A stretch of 64,000 nucleotides of DNA from Leptospiraceae bacterium (lineage in GTDB: Bacteria > Spirochaetota > Leptospiria > Leptospirales > Leptonemataceae), in contig JAVJNR010000002.1 of assembly GCA_040217195.1 (NCBI GenBank), positions 288,001 to 352,000 of the forward strand. Reading direction: 5' to 3'. Below are positions 27,503-37,849 of this stretch, one piece after another. Every line of letters starts with the position of its first letter. The stretch's first letter is position 1. Below the pieces are notes generated by a model. The model worked only from the letters and a program-made list of their open reading frames with translations, was not told the origin of the DNA and ran no database searches. A program made the translations under genes and the position numbers.

Positions 27503-28312
27503 ATGAACTCTGCTCAGGATTCCCGCTATGCATTGTTTGATCTGGATTATACTCTAATAGGCCACGATACACTTCTTCTTTTCTGCAATTACATTCTAAA
27601 GAAGAATCCGCTTCGAATCCTGTACCTGCTTTTCTTTGTACCTGTTGCCTTCCTTGCAGCACCGGGCTGGGTTTCGTCAGGAACTCTAAAACGATTCTTT
27701 CTTGCCTTTCTGTGGGGTATACCGGCTGACAAATTAAAATATCTGGCACGGGACTTTGTTCAGAGATCGGTGCTACCCAGAATGTATCCCGAAATGCTTG
27801 AGATTCTAAAGAGTCATCAGCGGGCAGAAAGAGTGGTCGTTCTGAATACAGCTGCACCAGACATTTATGCACCGTACATCGCCGAGGCCCTGGGGATCCA
27901 GCACTGCTACGCAACAAGAATTGTATCCAGAAATCGCATGCCTCTGCTTCCGGCCGTCATTGGAAAGAATAATAAGAACCTGGAGAAGATCCATAGAATG
28001 ACGGAAATATTACCGGAAAAAGTGGCCTCCGGCCTGGAGGGGCTGGACTGGAAGAAACCAGAATACCCGCCAGAAATTCTGCTGCACGGAAGTTACAGCT
28101 ACTCGGATTCACCGGCAGATCTGCCGCTGCTTCGGCTTACGGAATTTGCCGCCGTAGTCAATCCTGAATCGAGTAACTACATTGAGGAAGCCAGGAAAAA
28201 GGGATGGGAATTTCTGTATCCTGCCAGTGACTTTCGTGGAAAGGCAGGCAAAGTATGGTTGATGTTCAGGCAGATTCTGGGTCTTTATCCAGTGAAGCCC
28301 CTTCTTAAATGA
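27503..28312 (+). CDS. HAD-superfamily hydrolase (subfamily IB)
   Basis: FDLD-x-TL, TA, N-x4-K, YSDS-x2-DLPLL, VVNP. Confidence 0.88.
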   Translation: MNSAQDSRYALFDLDYTLIGHDTLLLFCNYILKKNPLRILYLLFFVPVAFLAAPGWVSSGTLKRFFLAFLWGIPADKLKYLARDFVQRSVLPRMYPEMLEILKSHQRAERVVVLNTAAPDIYAPYIAEALGIQHCYATRIVSRNRMPLLPAVIGKNNKNLEKIHRMTEILPEKVASGLEGLDWKKPEYPPEILLHGSYSYSDSPADLPLLRLTEFAAVVNPESSNYIEEARKKGWEFLYPASDFRGKAGKVWLMFRQILGLYPVKPLLK

Positions 28313-28385
28313 GGTTAGGCCCTGGTTTAGAAATTCTAAAGAAATCTCGGGAGCGCCTGATTGCAGTGAATGACGGAAAGCAAAT

Positions 28386-28973
28386 ATGAGTCCTATAAAT
28401 CAAACTCCGAATAGATCGCAGTTCCAGATCGATGTATCTGTGCGAACTGGCTTAAGTGGCCGGCATGGACGAAAAATTGCAGCAGTCCTGATGCAAATCT
28501 CAATGGCCATTTTTCCGACCTTTATCGGTTCGAATTGTACGAATTATTCCAGCGATCCCTATCCACCCTCGACTCCAGTCCTTCTGGGCCTTAGTCCGGA
28601 CGGAAGTACATCAGCCAATATCCAGGCGATTCAAACCTATGGAAACGGGCATAAGATCCGAATTGCTGCACAGAACTATGAACCTGGTTTCCAGGGCTAT
28701 AGACTGTTCGAAGCTGCCAGCGAGGATGCCGTTCGAAATGCCGATTCCACAAGTGGGATCGATTGTGGCACTCTATTGCAGACACCTGTTCTGGGTACGG
28801 TCTACACGATTGAGGTGCGAACTGATTCCATTGCTTCTGAATCTACAGCTCTTTGTGTGGTTCCTATTCTGCTTACTTCTGGCAACTTTGTTGCATTTCG
28901 CGCCGTGTATTTTCGGGGAATCCTGGACCCGGAATCCACAGGCCCATCATCGAATGCGTTGCAGGTTCCCTAA
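28386..28973 (+). CDS. Putative spirochaetal lipoprotein
   Basis: Hydrophobic stretch ending FIGSN-C; start uncertain. Confidence 0.6.
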   Translation: MSPINQTPNRSQFQIDVSVRTGLSGRHGRKIAAVLMQISMAIFPTFIGSNCTNYSSDPYPPSTPVLLGLSPDGSTSANIQAIQTYGNGHKIRIAAQNYEPGFQGYRLFEAASEDAVRNADSTSGIDCGTLLQTPVLGTVYTIEVRTDSIASESTALCVVPILLTSGNFVAFRAVYFRGILDPESTGPSSNALQVP

Positions 28974-29567
28974 TTTCTTTATCTTTTCCAATCGACTGGA
29001 TTTTTCTGATCTGGATTCAACAGGTGTTGCAAACCAGCGGTGCTGGATATATCTATTTCCGTGCTTTCTGAATCTGTCCACTTCCAGAAATCCATTTCTT
29101 GCCAGAATCTTTCGGGATGCAGTATAGTCTTCCCGGGTAATGGCCTGCAACTGCGAATACCCTAAATTCGTAGCGATCTTGAGCATTGCTCCCAGAAGCT
29201 GGGTGCCCAGTCCACGGTGTTTACCGCCAATCCAGTATCCGATTTCTGCATCGTCTTTGCAGGATTTGAAGGCAAAGCAACCGGCCGGGACTCCTCCCCT
29301 GGTAATCAGGAAAGTTCGGGACCGGTTATGAATCCAATCTTCCACTCCCTGGGACAGAAAGTTACGGGCATCTCGCTGTGTGTACCGACCCTGGATGCTG
29401 ATTCCAGCATCTTCCAGAAGTCGCAGTATGTCCGCTTCGTTCACGATTTGCATGAACCGTGATACGAATGAATCGGACAAATAGGTGGAAACAACCGGCA
29501 GCACAGTGTACTCGCTGCCGTTGTCTTTATGAATTAATGAAATCTCCAGCTCTTCCGGAACGTCCAT
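28947..29567 (-). CDS. GNAT family N-acetyltransferase (RimJ/RimL-like)
   Basis: AEIGYWI-x4-RGLGT, AS-x-KIL-x2-NGF. Confidence 0.8.
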   Translation of the reverse strand: MDVPEELEISLIHKDNGSEYTVLPVVSTYLSDSFVSRFMQIVNEADILRLLEDAGISIQGRYTQRDARNFLSQGVEDWIHNRSRTFLITRGGVPAGCFAFKSCKDDAEIGYWIGGKHRGLGTQLLGAMLKIATNLGYSQLQAITREDYTASRKILARNGFLEVDRFRKHGNRYIQHRWFATPVESRSEKSSRLEKIKKLGNLQRIR

Positions 29568-29587
29568 TGTCTCCCTGTGCGAATGAT

Positions 29588-30070
29588 TTAGTGTTGGTGA
29601 CCACCCGGGCCATGCACATGACCATGGGATAATTCTTCTTCCGTAGCTTCTCTTACATCGCGTACCGTCACGTCGAAATGCAAAGTTTCTCCAGCCAGGG
29701 GATGATTTCCATCGATCTTCACTGATTCACCTTCTACGGCGACCACGGTGAAAATCTGAGCACCGGACTCAGTCTGTGCTTGAAATTGCATGCCGGATTC
29801 AATCTTATCCACACCCTGGAACATGCTTTTTTGCACGTCCTGAATTAGAGCGTCATTTCGCAGGCCATAACCCTTCTCTGGCGGAACAGATACCTGAATA
29901 TTTTCGCCGGAGCCCTTGCCTTCCAGAGCTTCTTCAAGACCAGCGATTAGATTTCCATTTCCATGCAGGTAAAAGAGCGGGTCTCTACCCTCGGAAGAAT
30001 CCAATACGCTACCTGTATCGTCGGTTAATTTATAGTCGATGCTGGCGACTTTATCTTTAGCAATCTGCAT
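29588..30070 (-). CDS. slyD: FKBP-type peptidyl-prolyl isomerase SlyD
   Basis: LDSS-x-G-x2-PL-x-YLHG, GLEEAL-x-G, DGNHPLAG-x2-L-x-F, EEL-x-HGHVHG. Confidence 0.95.
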   Translation of the reverse strand: MQIAKDKVASIDYKLTDDTGSVLDSSEGRDPLFYLHGNGNLIAGLEEALEGKGSGENIQVSVPPEKGYGLRNDALIQDVQKSMFQGVDKIESGMQFQAQTESGAQIFTVVAVEGESVKIDGNHPLAGETLHFDVTVRDVREATEEELSHGHVHGPGGHQH

Positions 30071-30257
30071 TTTCTATCCTGATGTTCGTTTTGGCATGCC
30101 ATGAAGGCATTTTCAGCAACATAGTGATACGGAAGTGTACTTCAAGAACTTTTCTAACAGAATCCCGGGGTGCGGTTCCGGGCATTCTTCGCAGCTAACT
30201 GTCGGTACAACGCGGCGATCGAGCCGGCACGCACCATGCGAATTCGCTGACTGTCTG

Positions 30258-30902
30258 TCAAACATGACTTCCCGGTAAAACGGACTTACGAAGAAGACAA
30301 CGGATTTCAAGATAGCGCATCGGTCTGGTCTCTTCACAGTGCCAGCCCCGATTCATCAATTCTCGAGTCAGCAGGAAGAGAAAGAATCCATGAGAGAATA
30401 AGCTCACTGGATTGCGGGATTCGTAGGATTCAATTAGATCCGCAGCCTTTTTTGCTCTTCTTCTAGCAGCTTTCCGGGGTTCATGGGATTTCTTGCCTGC
30501 ATACCAGAGCAGACGCGCCAGGATTAAATGCCAGTAGGCCGGTAACTTCAGAAACGTCGGAACCCGGGGCAATGGAACTTCACGGAATAATTCGTTGGTG
30601 TCTACTGGACTATCGTCGCCCAGCAATAGAGAGGCCGTCTGTCTGGCTCTGCGGATATCCGAGCTAATGGCCTGGCTGGCGCGGATCCGGCCAAGAAGGT
30701 CTGGATCATGTACATCCAGTTTGTCATTATTCCATTCCGGGTTCAAAGAGGATTCATCATACAGACGAGTCAGACGATTGAATTCCCGTCCCCAGATCCA
30801 GCGTCCAGGTTCATTTGTATAAGGGAACTCTGGTTTACCGTGGCGGATCAGGAAGATACGACCTTCCCTCGAGATTATGTTTGGTTTCTGGGGATGCCCC
30901 AT
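30258..30902 (-). CDS. Histidine phosphatase family protein
   Basis: LIRHG, SSD-x2-RA-x-QTA, FRE, SHG. Confidence 0.82.
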   Translation of the reverse strand: MGHPQKPNIISREGRIFLIRHGKPEFPYTNEPGRWIWGREFNRLTRLYDESSLNPEWNNDKLDVHDPDLLGRIRASQAISSDIRRARQTASLLLGDDSPVDTNELFREVPLPRVPTFLKLPAYWHLILARLLWYAGKKSHEPRKAARRRAKKAADLIESYESRNPVSLFSHGFFLFLLTRELMNRGWHCEETRPMRYLEIRCLLRKSVLPGSHV

Positions 30903-31035
30903 GGCTCTAAGCAGTGTACCGAAAAAGACCGGGTTTCAGCTAGCTCCAGATTGTTCCAGGGCCATGAGACGGCCACCGTTTATTATCTTTGAGATAATCA
31001 TAAATGGCGGAGCTTTCGAAAGGAAAATGCGAAAA

Positions 31036-32046
31036 TCAACCGGGTTTCACTTCATTCGCCAGCGGTTGCCCGGTAGAATAATCTTTTAGATTCTCCAGAG
31101 TTATATGCGCGATTTCTCTCAGCGCATTTTCAGTGAAGAAAGCTTGATGACCGGTGATCAGCACATTTGAAAAAGTTAGTAACCTGGCAATATCGTCATC
31201 TAGAAGTACATCGCTGGAATGATCTGCAAAGAATAGATCTTCTTCCTGTTCATATACATCGATTCCCAGAGCTCCAATAATTCCCTGTTTCAGTCCTCGA
31301 ATGACCGCCGGAGTATCGATAATTGGGCCTCGGCTCGTATTGATGATCATCACACCTGGCTTCATTTTCATTATTGCGGATTCATTGATCATATGCCGGC
31401 TGCTTTCGGTGAGCGGGCAATGGAGGCTGATGATGTCAGAATCAGAGTAAATGCGATTTAGATCGCAAAACTCAATCCTCGAATCTGGTACCGCGCCAAT
31501 GATTTTTTCCTGACTTTGAAACGGATCGTAAGCGAGCACCTTGCAGCCGAATCCAACCATAATGTTTGCGAATACAGAGCCAATCCTGCCCATGCCAACC
31601 ACGCCCACCGTTTTCTGGTTCAGGTCAAATCCTACGAGTCCATCAAGTGCAAAGTTTCCTTCTCGAACCCGGTTATAGGCCTTATGAGTCTTTCTATTGA
31701 GGGTGAGAATTAATGCCACTGCATGTTCAGCTACTGCATGGGGAGAGTAGGCTGGCACTCGCACTACGGTCAGGCCCAGTTCGGATGTTGCCTTCAGGTC
31801 CACATTGTTGAAACCCGCACATCGCAAGGCCACCGCCTTTACTCCAAGTGTTTTTAGAATCTGGACGGTTTCTCGATCCACATGATCGTTTACAAAAACG
31901 CAAATTGCATCAAACCCTTCAGCCAGCCGGGCCGTTAATGGCGATAGGGGGGCATCGAAATAAGTGATTTCAAATTCATAGTCAGCATTCATTCGATTAA
32001 AGAACTGCCTGTCGTAGGATCGAGTGCTGAAGAACGCTATTTTCAT
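31036..32046 (-). CDS. ldhA: D-lactate dehydrogenase / D-2-hydroxyacid dehydrogenase
   Basis: LRCAGFNNVD, RVPAYSP-x-AVAEH, G-x-GRIG, SLHCPLT, INTSRG, DVYE-x-E, ITGHQAF. Confidence 0.9.
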   Translation of the reverse strand: MKIAFFSTRSYDRQFFNRMNADYEFEITYFDAPLSPLTARLAEGFDAICVFVNDHVDRETVQILKTLGVKAVALRCAGFNNVDLKATSELGLTVVRVPAYSPHAVAEHAVALILTLNRKTHKAYNRVREGNFALDGLVGFDLNQKTVGVVGMGRIGSVFANIMVGFGCKVLAYDPFQSQEKIIGAVPDSRIEFCDLNRIYSDSDIISLHCPLTESSRHMINESAIMKMKPGVMIINTSRGPIIDTPAVIRGLKQGIIGALGIDVYEQEEDLFFADHSSDVLLDDDIARLLTFSNVLITGHQAFFTENALREIAHITLENLKDYSTGQPLANEVKPG

Positions 32047-32164
32047 ACATGCAGAATATTTCGGGTATGAAAAACTTGCAAGGCTTTCGCGGAGGTCCTA
32101 TGTAGAATTCTCGTGCGTGATTTGTTGACAGGATCTGCGATCCAGTACCATTCTGATCTTCAAT

Positions 32165-33973
32165 ATGGGCGAAAAAACGAAAGGGCTAATAAGCAGAAAG
32201 AAGCTACTGGCCGGGATCGGAGGCATGGCTGCAGCCGGAGTATCCTACCAATTATTGAAAAGCGAGGATTCCGGACTGGGGTCAATACCACAGAAAAAGA
32301 AAGTGGATCCTGCGATGTTTCGCCCTGGAATCAACCGCAACAAAGTAAAAGTCGCTTATTCGCCGGCCAGGACTCTATTAAAGAACGGATATATAGTCGA
32401 CGGAACGGGTAAAAAAGGATTCGTAGGCGACCTGGTTGTGAAAGGCGATCGAATTGAATTAGTTACCGACGATGACATTGAGTTTACAGGAAAAACCGTA
32501 GATTGTTCCGGACTTGTGGTAGCTCCAGGATTTATTGATCCGCATTCGCATATGGATCAGATCATCGCAGAGGATGGTCGGGAGAATCTTAAGCTACCAT
32601 TTACAGAGCAAGGAATTACTACGATAGTTGTAGGAAACTGTGGTCATGGAATTGCAGGCATTGATCCGGACGGCGGTCACGAAGATCTATTGCGCAAGGG
32701 CCTGGCTGGAAAAGGTGCCAATTCCTGGTCCACGTACGATCAGTATTTTGAACATCTTTCTCGATCCCGCCTGACCCACAATGTGGCTGCCATGGCCGGA
32801 CATGGAACGACCAGAACCAGTATTCATGGATTCAACTCGACCCCATTGAGCTCAGATTCCCGGAAGCGTCTGCTCTATCTGCTAGATCAGGCAATGGAGC
32901 ACGGAGCTCTTGGAGTTTCATTTGGGTTGCAGTACGAGCCAGGAGTGTTTACTCCGTTGGAAGAATTGAGCAAAGTGGCCGGGACTGTGGCTGCCAGAGA
33001 CAGAATCGTTAGCAGCCATATGAAGGCTTACTCCAGTATTTCTGGAACCTATCCGTTGAGGATTTTTGGCCGTCCACACAATCTGCTCGCCATAGAGGAC
33101 ATGCTCAGAATCGCCAGAGAGACAAATGTGCGAATGCAGCTTTCGCATTTGATATTTGTTGGTTCATCTTCCTGGGATACCTGCGGTGAGGCACTGGCGT
33201 TGATTGAGGAAGGTATCCAATCCGGATTGGATTTGATGTTCGATACTTATTCGTACCACTGTGGCTTTTCGGTCATTAATGTACTCTATCCAGAATGGTT
33301 TCTGGCCAGGGTACCGGAGGTATATCGAGATAGTTGGGCCCTTCTCCGCCTACGCGCAGAACTGGAGCTGATCGTTGCTTTGCTGGGCTTTGGCTATGAA
33401 AACGTTCAGGTATTGAATACAAAGCATCCTTCATTGAAGAAATACAATGGTATGTTTCTGAAAGACATCGCAGAAGATAGAGGTATGAGTCAGTTCGATA
33501 ATTTTCTGGATGTAACCGAAAAAAGCGAAGGGCGGGCGGTAGTCCTCAATCACCGGTACAGCAGTCAGGAAAACATAAAGAAATTAATGATGCATCCAGC
33601 CTCTCTGTTCATGACTGATGCTCTGGTCTATGATGAAGGAGCGCAAAATCCGGCTTCTTTTGGTTGCTATCCGAGGTTTCTGCAATTTGCCAGAGACTTT
33701 CAATTGATTTCGCTAGAGGAATGCGTCGCCAAGATGACTGGAGCTGTGGCTCGCCGGTTTCAGTTACCGCAGCGAGGCTTTTTAAAAGAAGGACACTTCG
33801 CTGATGTTACTGTATTCGATTGGGCGAATGTCATGGATCGAAACACCAGGGAAGTGACAGATAATCGGCCAGCAGGAATTGAGCAGGTATTCATTAATGG
33901 GCAGACTGTCTTGAAATCAGGCCAGGCAGCCCCAGGGTTGTCCGCAGGCCAGGTGATTCGAGCCGGAGCATAA
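32165..33973 (+). CDS. N-acyl-D-amino-acid deacylase (amidohydrolase) with Tat-like signal
   Basis: APGFID-x-HSH, GITT-x-VVGNCG, G-x-S-x-GL-x-Y-x-PG, QLSH, KMT, G-x2-AD-x-TVFD. Confidence 0.85.
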   Translation: MGEKTKGLISRKKLLAGIGGMAAAGVSYQLLKSEDSGLGSIPQKKKVDPAMFRPGINRNKVKVAYSPARTLLKNGYIVDGTGKKGFVGDLVVKGDRIELVTDDDIEFTGKTVDCSGLVVAPGFIDPHSHMDQIIAEDGRENLKLPFTEQGITTIVVGNCGHGIAGIDPDGGHEDLLRKGLAGKGANSWSTYDQYFEHLSRSRLTHNVAAMAGHGTTRTSIHGFNSTPLSSDSRKRLLYLLDQAMEHGALGVSFGLQYEPGVFTPLEELSKVAGTVAARDRIVSSHMKAYSSISGTYPLRIFGRPHNLLAIEDMLRIARETNVRMQLSHLIFVGSSSWDTCGEALALIEEGIQSGLDLMFDTYSYHCGFSVINVLYPEWFLARVPEVYRDSWALLRLRAELELIVALLGFGYENVQVLNTKHPSLKKYNGMFLKDIAEDRGMSQFDNFLDVTEKSEGRAVVLNHRYSSQENIKKLMMHPASLFMTDALVYDEGAQNPASFGCYPRFLQFARDFQLISLEECVAKMTGAVARRFQLPQRGFLKEGHFADVTVFDWANVMDRNTREVTDNRPAGIEQVFINGQTVLKSGQAAPGLSAGQVIRAGA

Positions 33974-34107
33974 GATAAATAATCCAGTCGGTCCAGGTTG
34001 TCAGCAGGCCGGGTGATTCGAGCCAGAACATAAGATATATAATCCAGTCGGTCCAGGTTGTCAGCAGACCAGGTGCATCGTGAGAATGTATTAGATAGAA
34101 AATCCAG
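33936..34107 (+). repeat. Tandem 60-bp repeat (about 3 copies) of the deacylase 3' end and downstream flank
   Basis: 33936-33995 and 33996-34055 match at 55/60 positions; degenerate third copy from 34056. Confidence 0.9.
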
Positions 34108-34306
34108 GCAGCGCGGGTTCACTGTTGAATCAATAACTGAAACCTGGCTGAGGTATGGATTGAAACCTACAGGGATAGGCCAAGCTAAGCCCACTGAAAA
34201 AAACTTCCTCAGAAAAATATCTGGCAGGCTTCGCAGCCAGAGAAACTAAACCTATCTGGCCGATGCGAAACCCGGAATCGAAAATGCAGGGATCTCTATT
34301 ATTCTT

Positions 34307-35713
34307 TCATCGTCGTATCTCCAGAATAGAATCTGGATTAAGACTCTGTGCGAAAATGGGATCATGGCTCACAAACATTATAGCTCCAGAATAATCATTC
34401 AAACTTGCCAGTAGCTCCTCCCGGGCCACCAGGTCCAGGTTCTGTTCCGGTTCGTCCAGTAGTAGCAGAGCAGGCTCAGCCACTGCAGCCAGACATAGAA
34501 GTATACGCATTCGTTCGCCTCCACTGAAACTGGACAGGGATCTGTGGAAATCGTCCCCCCGAATGCCAGAGTATCCCAGAAGAGTCCTCCATTGAGACAG
34601 AATATTCTGATTCGGCACCGGTTCTGCAGGACAGCAGAGTGTCCAGAGGTCCGAGAATGCAGACTCAAGGGAGCCGCTCCGTTCGAATGCATTCAAGCTC
34701 TGACTCAAATAGAATACCGTGCCTCCCAATCTAGCAGACCCCCTGAACGGATGAAGACCCAGAATGGCCCGAATGAAGGAGGATTTGCCCGCACCATTGG
34801 GACCCTGTATCCATATACGCTCCGTCCTACCAAGGGAAATGGAATGGTTCGAAGAATCCTGTCTGCCTCTAAAGGTCGGTGCGAAACCTACCGTATCCAG
34901 TGCCGATTTTCGCACATTTCCTGCCGGGATGTGAACTATGCCCCCTGTATCTCTTTGAACCGACAGCAGCTCATCTGTTGTCTGATTCAGGCGCTCATCA
35001 TTCGCTTGCGCTTTTCTTCTTGTCTGTTTTTCCAGTTTTGCGGCTGTTTTCTGGGCTCGGCCTTTTTGTTTGTTAATAAGTGACCTGGGAATATTTTGTT
35101 TCAGGTTGTCCTTTTGCGCCTTTCGAGTCCGGTGCTCCTGTCGATGCTGAATCTTTTGACCGGCCTTCTGCACTTTCTGTATTGTGGACTGGAGACTGGA
35201 AATTCTCTTTTCCCGGGCCTCTGCCTGTTGCTTTCGCACACTGGCATAGGTTTGATATCCTCCTCCATAGAACTGAAGAACACCACTTTGAAGATGATAA
35301 ATAGTCTCCACTTCGCCCAGGAAGTCCAGGTCATGACTAACGATCAATGCGTAGCCCTGAATCTGTTTCAGGAAATCCATAGCCCGACTGCGAAAGTCCA
35401 TGTCCAGGTGCCGGAAGGGTTCATCCAGAAGCAACACCGAGTTCGCAGTTAGGCCCCTTTCCATCCAATCCAGCCATCGATAAATCTGATTCTGTCCTTC
35501 GCTTAATGCTGCCGGATCGGGATGTTGTGCTCCATAGACTACGTCCACCCCGGCCTGCTGGCATCGATGATAGATCAATTTCAACAGAGTGGATTTACCT
35601 CCTCCATTTGGCCCTGTCAGAGCCATTGCGGAACAAGATAGAGTAATCTCCAGGTTGGAAAACAAATGCGCGGGCGCATCTACATCGATAGAATTCAAGT
35701 TGGTAAAATGCAT
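34307..35713 (-). CDS. ABC-F family ATP-binding protein
   Basis: Two NBDs (GPNGGGKS/LLLDEP/VSHD and GPNGAGKS/FSGGE/LLLDEP/VSHD), coiled linker, no TM; SD GGAGGT before 35713. Confidence 0.85.
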   Translation of the reverse strand: MHFTNLNSIDVDAPAHLFSNLEITLSCSAMALTGPNGGGKSTLLKLIYHRCQQAGVDVVYGAQHPDPAALSEGQNQIYRWLDWMERGLTANSVLLLDEPFRHLDMDFRSRAMDFLKQIQGYALIVSHDLDFLGEVETIYHLQSGVLQFYGGGYQTYASVRKQQAEAREKRISSLQSTIQKVQKAGQKIQHRQEHRTRKAQKDNLKQNIPRSLINKQKGRAQKTAAKLEKQTRRKAQANDERLNQTTDELLSVQRDTGGIVHIPAGNVRKSALDTVGFAPTFRGRQDSSNHSISLGRTERIWIQGPNGAGKSSFIRAILGLHPFRGSARLGGTVFYLSQSLNAFERSGSLESAFSDLWTLCCPAEPVPNQNILSQWRTLLGYSGIRGDDFHRSLSSFSGGERMRILLCLAAVAEPALLLLDEPEQNLDLVAREELLASLNDYSGAIMFVSHDPIFAQSLNPDSILEIRR

Positions 35714-35841
35714 ACTAAACCTCCGGGTTTCCCCGAATTGATAACGCTCCTGGATGGAGCATGGAAGTATCAAGTTTAGCTACGCATAGAGAGGTCCGGA
35801 GACCTGATCATAGTAAGTAATGCACCGCAAGTTTCGTCAAC

Positions 35842-35866
35842 AAAAAAGCCCGGCCTGAGCCGGGCT
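35842..35866 (-). terminator. Rho-independent terminator of the 3-hydroxyacyl-CoA dehydrogenase gene
   Basis: Stem AGCCCGGC/GCCGGGCT with 4-nt loop, followed by a U-run on the minus strand. Confidence 0.8.
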
Positions 35867-35934
35867 CGTTGAGCACAGAGATTTCAGTTCTCTGCTCTAA
35901 ATCGAATGTCGAAATCTATATTTCGCAGTAGATA

Positions 35935-37242
35935 TCAGGACCCGCGGAACAGTTGCCGATAGTCCAGTTTGCTTTGCAGGTTATATACAGATTTGCCGGA
36001 GATCTTTCCCAAATATTCAGGCACTGGAATTCCAGCCTGCTCTATGAATTTTTTGGTTTCATCTACTCCGCCCAATAGATCTACCCATGCAGATGGTGGT
36101 ACCCAGTTGAATCCGAATCCCATTGCTCCATCAACGCCGTCCTGATCGGTTACATCTGGAATTAGCGAGTAGGAGTAAGAGATGTAGCGTGCGATGAACC
36201 TGCGAACCAGATCTGCTTCTTCGCCTTTTTCCGTTTTCAGTAGATCAGCAAAGTGAAAATACTGGGACTCATGGATCAAAGTGGCTGCCTTCTTCTTGAA
36301 GGAAAGATCCAGTTTGGGTAATTCTTCGTAGTTTCCGGTCTTGATATTGTAGACCTTTTTAACGCTTTTGCCTTCAGGGGTCTTTTCGCGCATATAGAGA
36401 CCCTTGCCCTTCTTATTTCCCAGAGCTCCCTGATCTACAAGCTTCTGCATGTAATCCGGCATCTTAAACGTGTCGTGGGCCAAATCTTTGGTATTTTCGT
36501 AGATGTTATCCACAATTGCCTTGTGAACATCCAGTCCAACGAGGTCAGCAGTGGCCAGAGGAGCCATGGCCCGGCCGGTATAACCAGAAAGAAGCTGATC
36601 TACTAGATGGATTCCGCCTTTGTCCGCCAATTTTTCAGCATAGATGGCTGCTTCATTCATGAACTGGAATCCGATGCGATTGCCGGCAAATCCAGGTCGA
36701 TCATTTGCGATGATTACATGACGATGAAGCTTGTTTTCCAGGTAATCGGAAAGCTCTTTCGTATAGGCAGCGTCATTCTTAGGATGAACAATCAATTCGC
36801 AGAGCACCAGCTTGTACGGTGGATTGAAAAAGTGCGTGCCGTAGTAATATTTCTGTCCATCTTCGTCCAGGTGGGAAGCCAGTCTTTCGATGGAAAGTCC
36901 GGAGCTAACCGTAGAAACCAGAGTTCCAGGCTTTCGAGCCGCAGAAATGCGCTTCATTAGAGGCTCTTTGACTTCATAGCTTTCCGCTACTAACTCGAAT
37001 ACCCAGTCCGATTCGGAAACGGCCTTTTCCAGGTCATCATCATAGGTGCCCGGAATGAGATTTTCGGCGAATACTCCGGAGCGTACCGATGCAATAGCCG
37101 TCTGAACTCCCTCTTTCGCTTTATCCAGCGTTCGGGCCAGCATATACACCTTGGCGCCTCCGAAGGCAGCTACAATGGCCGCGCTATTAGCACCCATGGT
37201 TCCGTTGGCACCCAGAACCGTTACTGTCTTAAAATCCTTCAT
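35935..37242 (-). CDS. 3-hydroxyacyl-CoA dehydrogenase family protein
   Basis: [10 protein letters not shown]-x-V-x-[16 protein letters not shown]-x-GNRIG, D-x-VGLDV, LG-x-K-x-G-x-G-x-Y. Confidence 0.9.
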   Translation of the reverse strand: MKDFKTVTVLGANGTMGANSAAIVAAFGGAKVYMLARTLDKAKEGVQTAIASVRSGVFAENLIPGTYDDDLEKAVSESDWVFELVAESYEVKEPLMKRISAARKPGTLVSTVSSGLSIERLASHLDEDGQKYYYGTHFFNPPYKLVLCELIVHPKNDAAYTKELSDYLENKLHRHVIIANDRPGFAGNRIGFQFMNEAAIYAEKLADKGGIHLVDQLLSGYTGRAMAPLATADLVGLDVHKAIVDNIYENTKDLAHDTFKMPDYMQKLVDQGALGNKKGKGLYMREKTPEGKSVKKVYNIKTGNYEELPKLDLSFKKKAATLIHESQYFHFADLLKTEKGEEADLVRRFIARYISYSYSLIPDVTDQDGVDGAMGFGFNWVPPSAWVDLLGGVDETKKFIEQAGIPVPEYLGKISGKSVYNLQSKLDYRQLFRGS

Positions 37243-37443
37243 AGCGTTTCTCTTTCTCCTGGCGCTGAATCATTGGCAGACCAGCGCATGATAATAATAC
37301 CTGGCCCGCAGGCCTCATGCTTACCGGTAAGGTAAGTGCCCCCAAGATCCGGGGCCTGGACAGCTTCCGGTGTCGGCTTTCTGAGTCAAATCCTTTGGAT
37401 TAAGCACTTTACCCGAGTTTGCTGGACTTTACAATTGCCGGAC

Positions 37444-37839
37444 ATGTTTCACCGGGATTTCATCCTACGATTGATACAGGAATTTGCAGTCTTTCTGGCC
37501 CGACTTACTGGTTTGAAGGACCGCAACGATCCGGAAGTCATTTTTCTGGAGCTAGAAAGGTCTTTTCGGCAATTTATTGGCTACGACTCTCCGTTACTGG
37601 AAAGCCTGGGGCCTAAGGGCGCCCTTTCCGTGTTATCTGCAGCTGATGGTGGAAATCCGGATCAACTGGCCATGGGCGCCATTCTGTTTCGGGAAAAGGC
37701 CAGTAACTATGATACCTACGGAGATCCACAAAAAGCGGAGAAATGCAGGGAGATTTCCAGAACCTTGAAATCAGCCATCGGAGAGCGGCCGCTTACAAAG
37801 GAGATTGCGCGGCTGCTGGATCCCGAATCGGATCAGTGA
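37444..37839 (+). CDS. Hypothetical protein (DUF6483-like)
   Basis: N-terminal M-x2-RD-x-ILR-x-I pattern; start trimmed. Confidence 0.55.
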   Translation: MFHRDFILRLIQEFAVFLARLTGLKDRNDPEVIFLELERSFRQFIGYDSPLLESLGPKGALSVLSAADGGNPDQLAMGAILFREKASNYDTYGDPQKAEKCREISRTLKSAIGERPLTKEIARLLDPESDQ

Positions 37840-37849
37840 GTGGGCTGAG

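Noticed and set aside
33936..34107. 60-bp repeat as a CRISPR array or DGR template/variable pair
   Set aside because: Units are contiguous without unique spacers, mismatches are not confined to adenines of one copy, and no cas or reverse transcriptase gene is in the window.
35904..35934. GAATGTCGAAATC identical to the ECF42 -35 region
   Set aside because: No CGTC-type -10 at the right distance, and it points antisense into a gene end.
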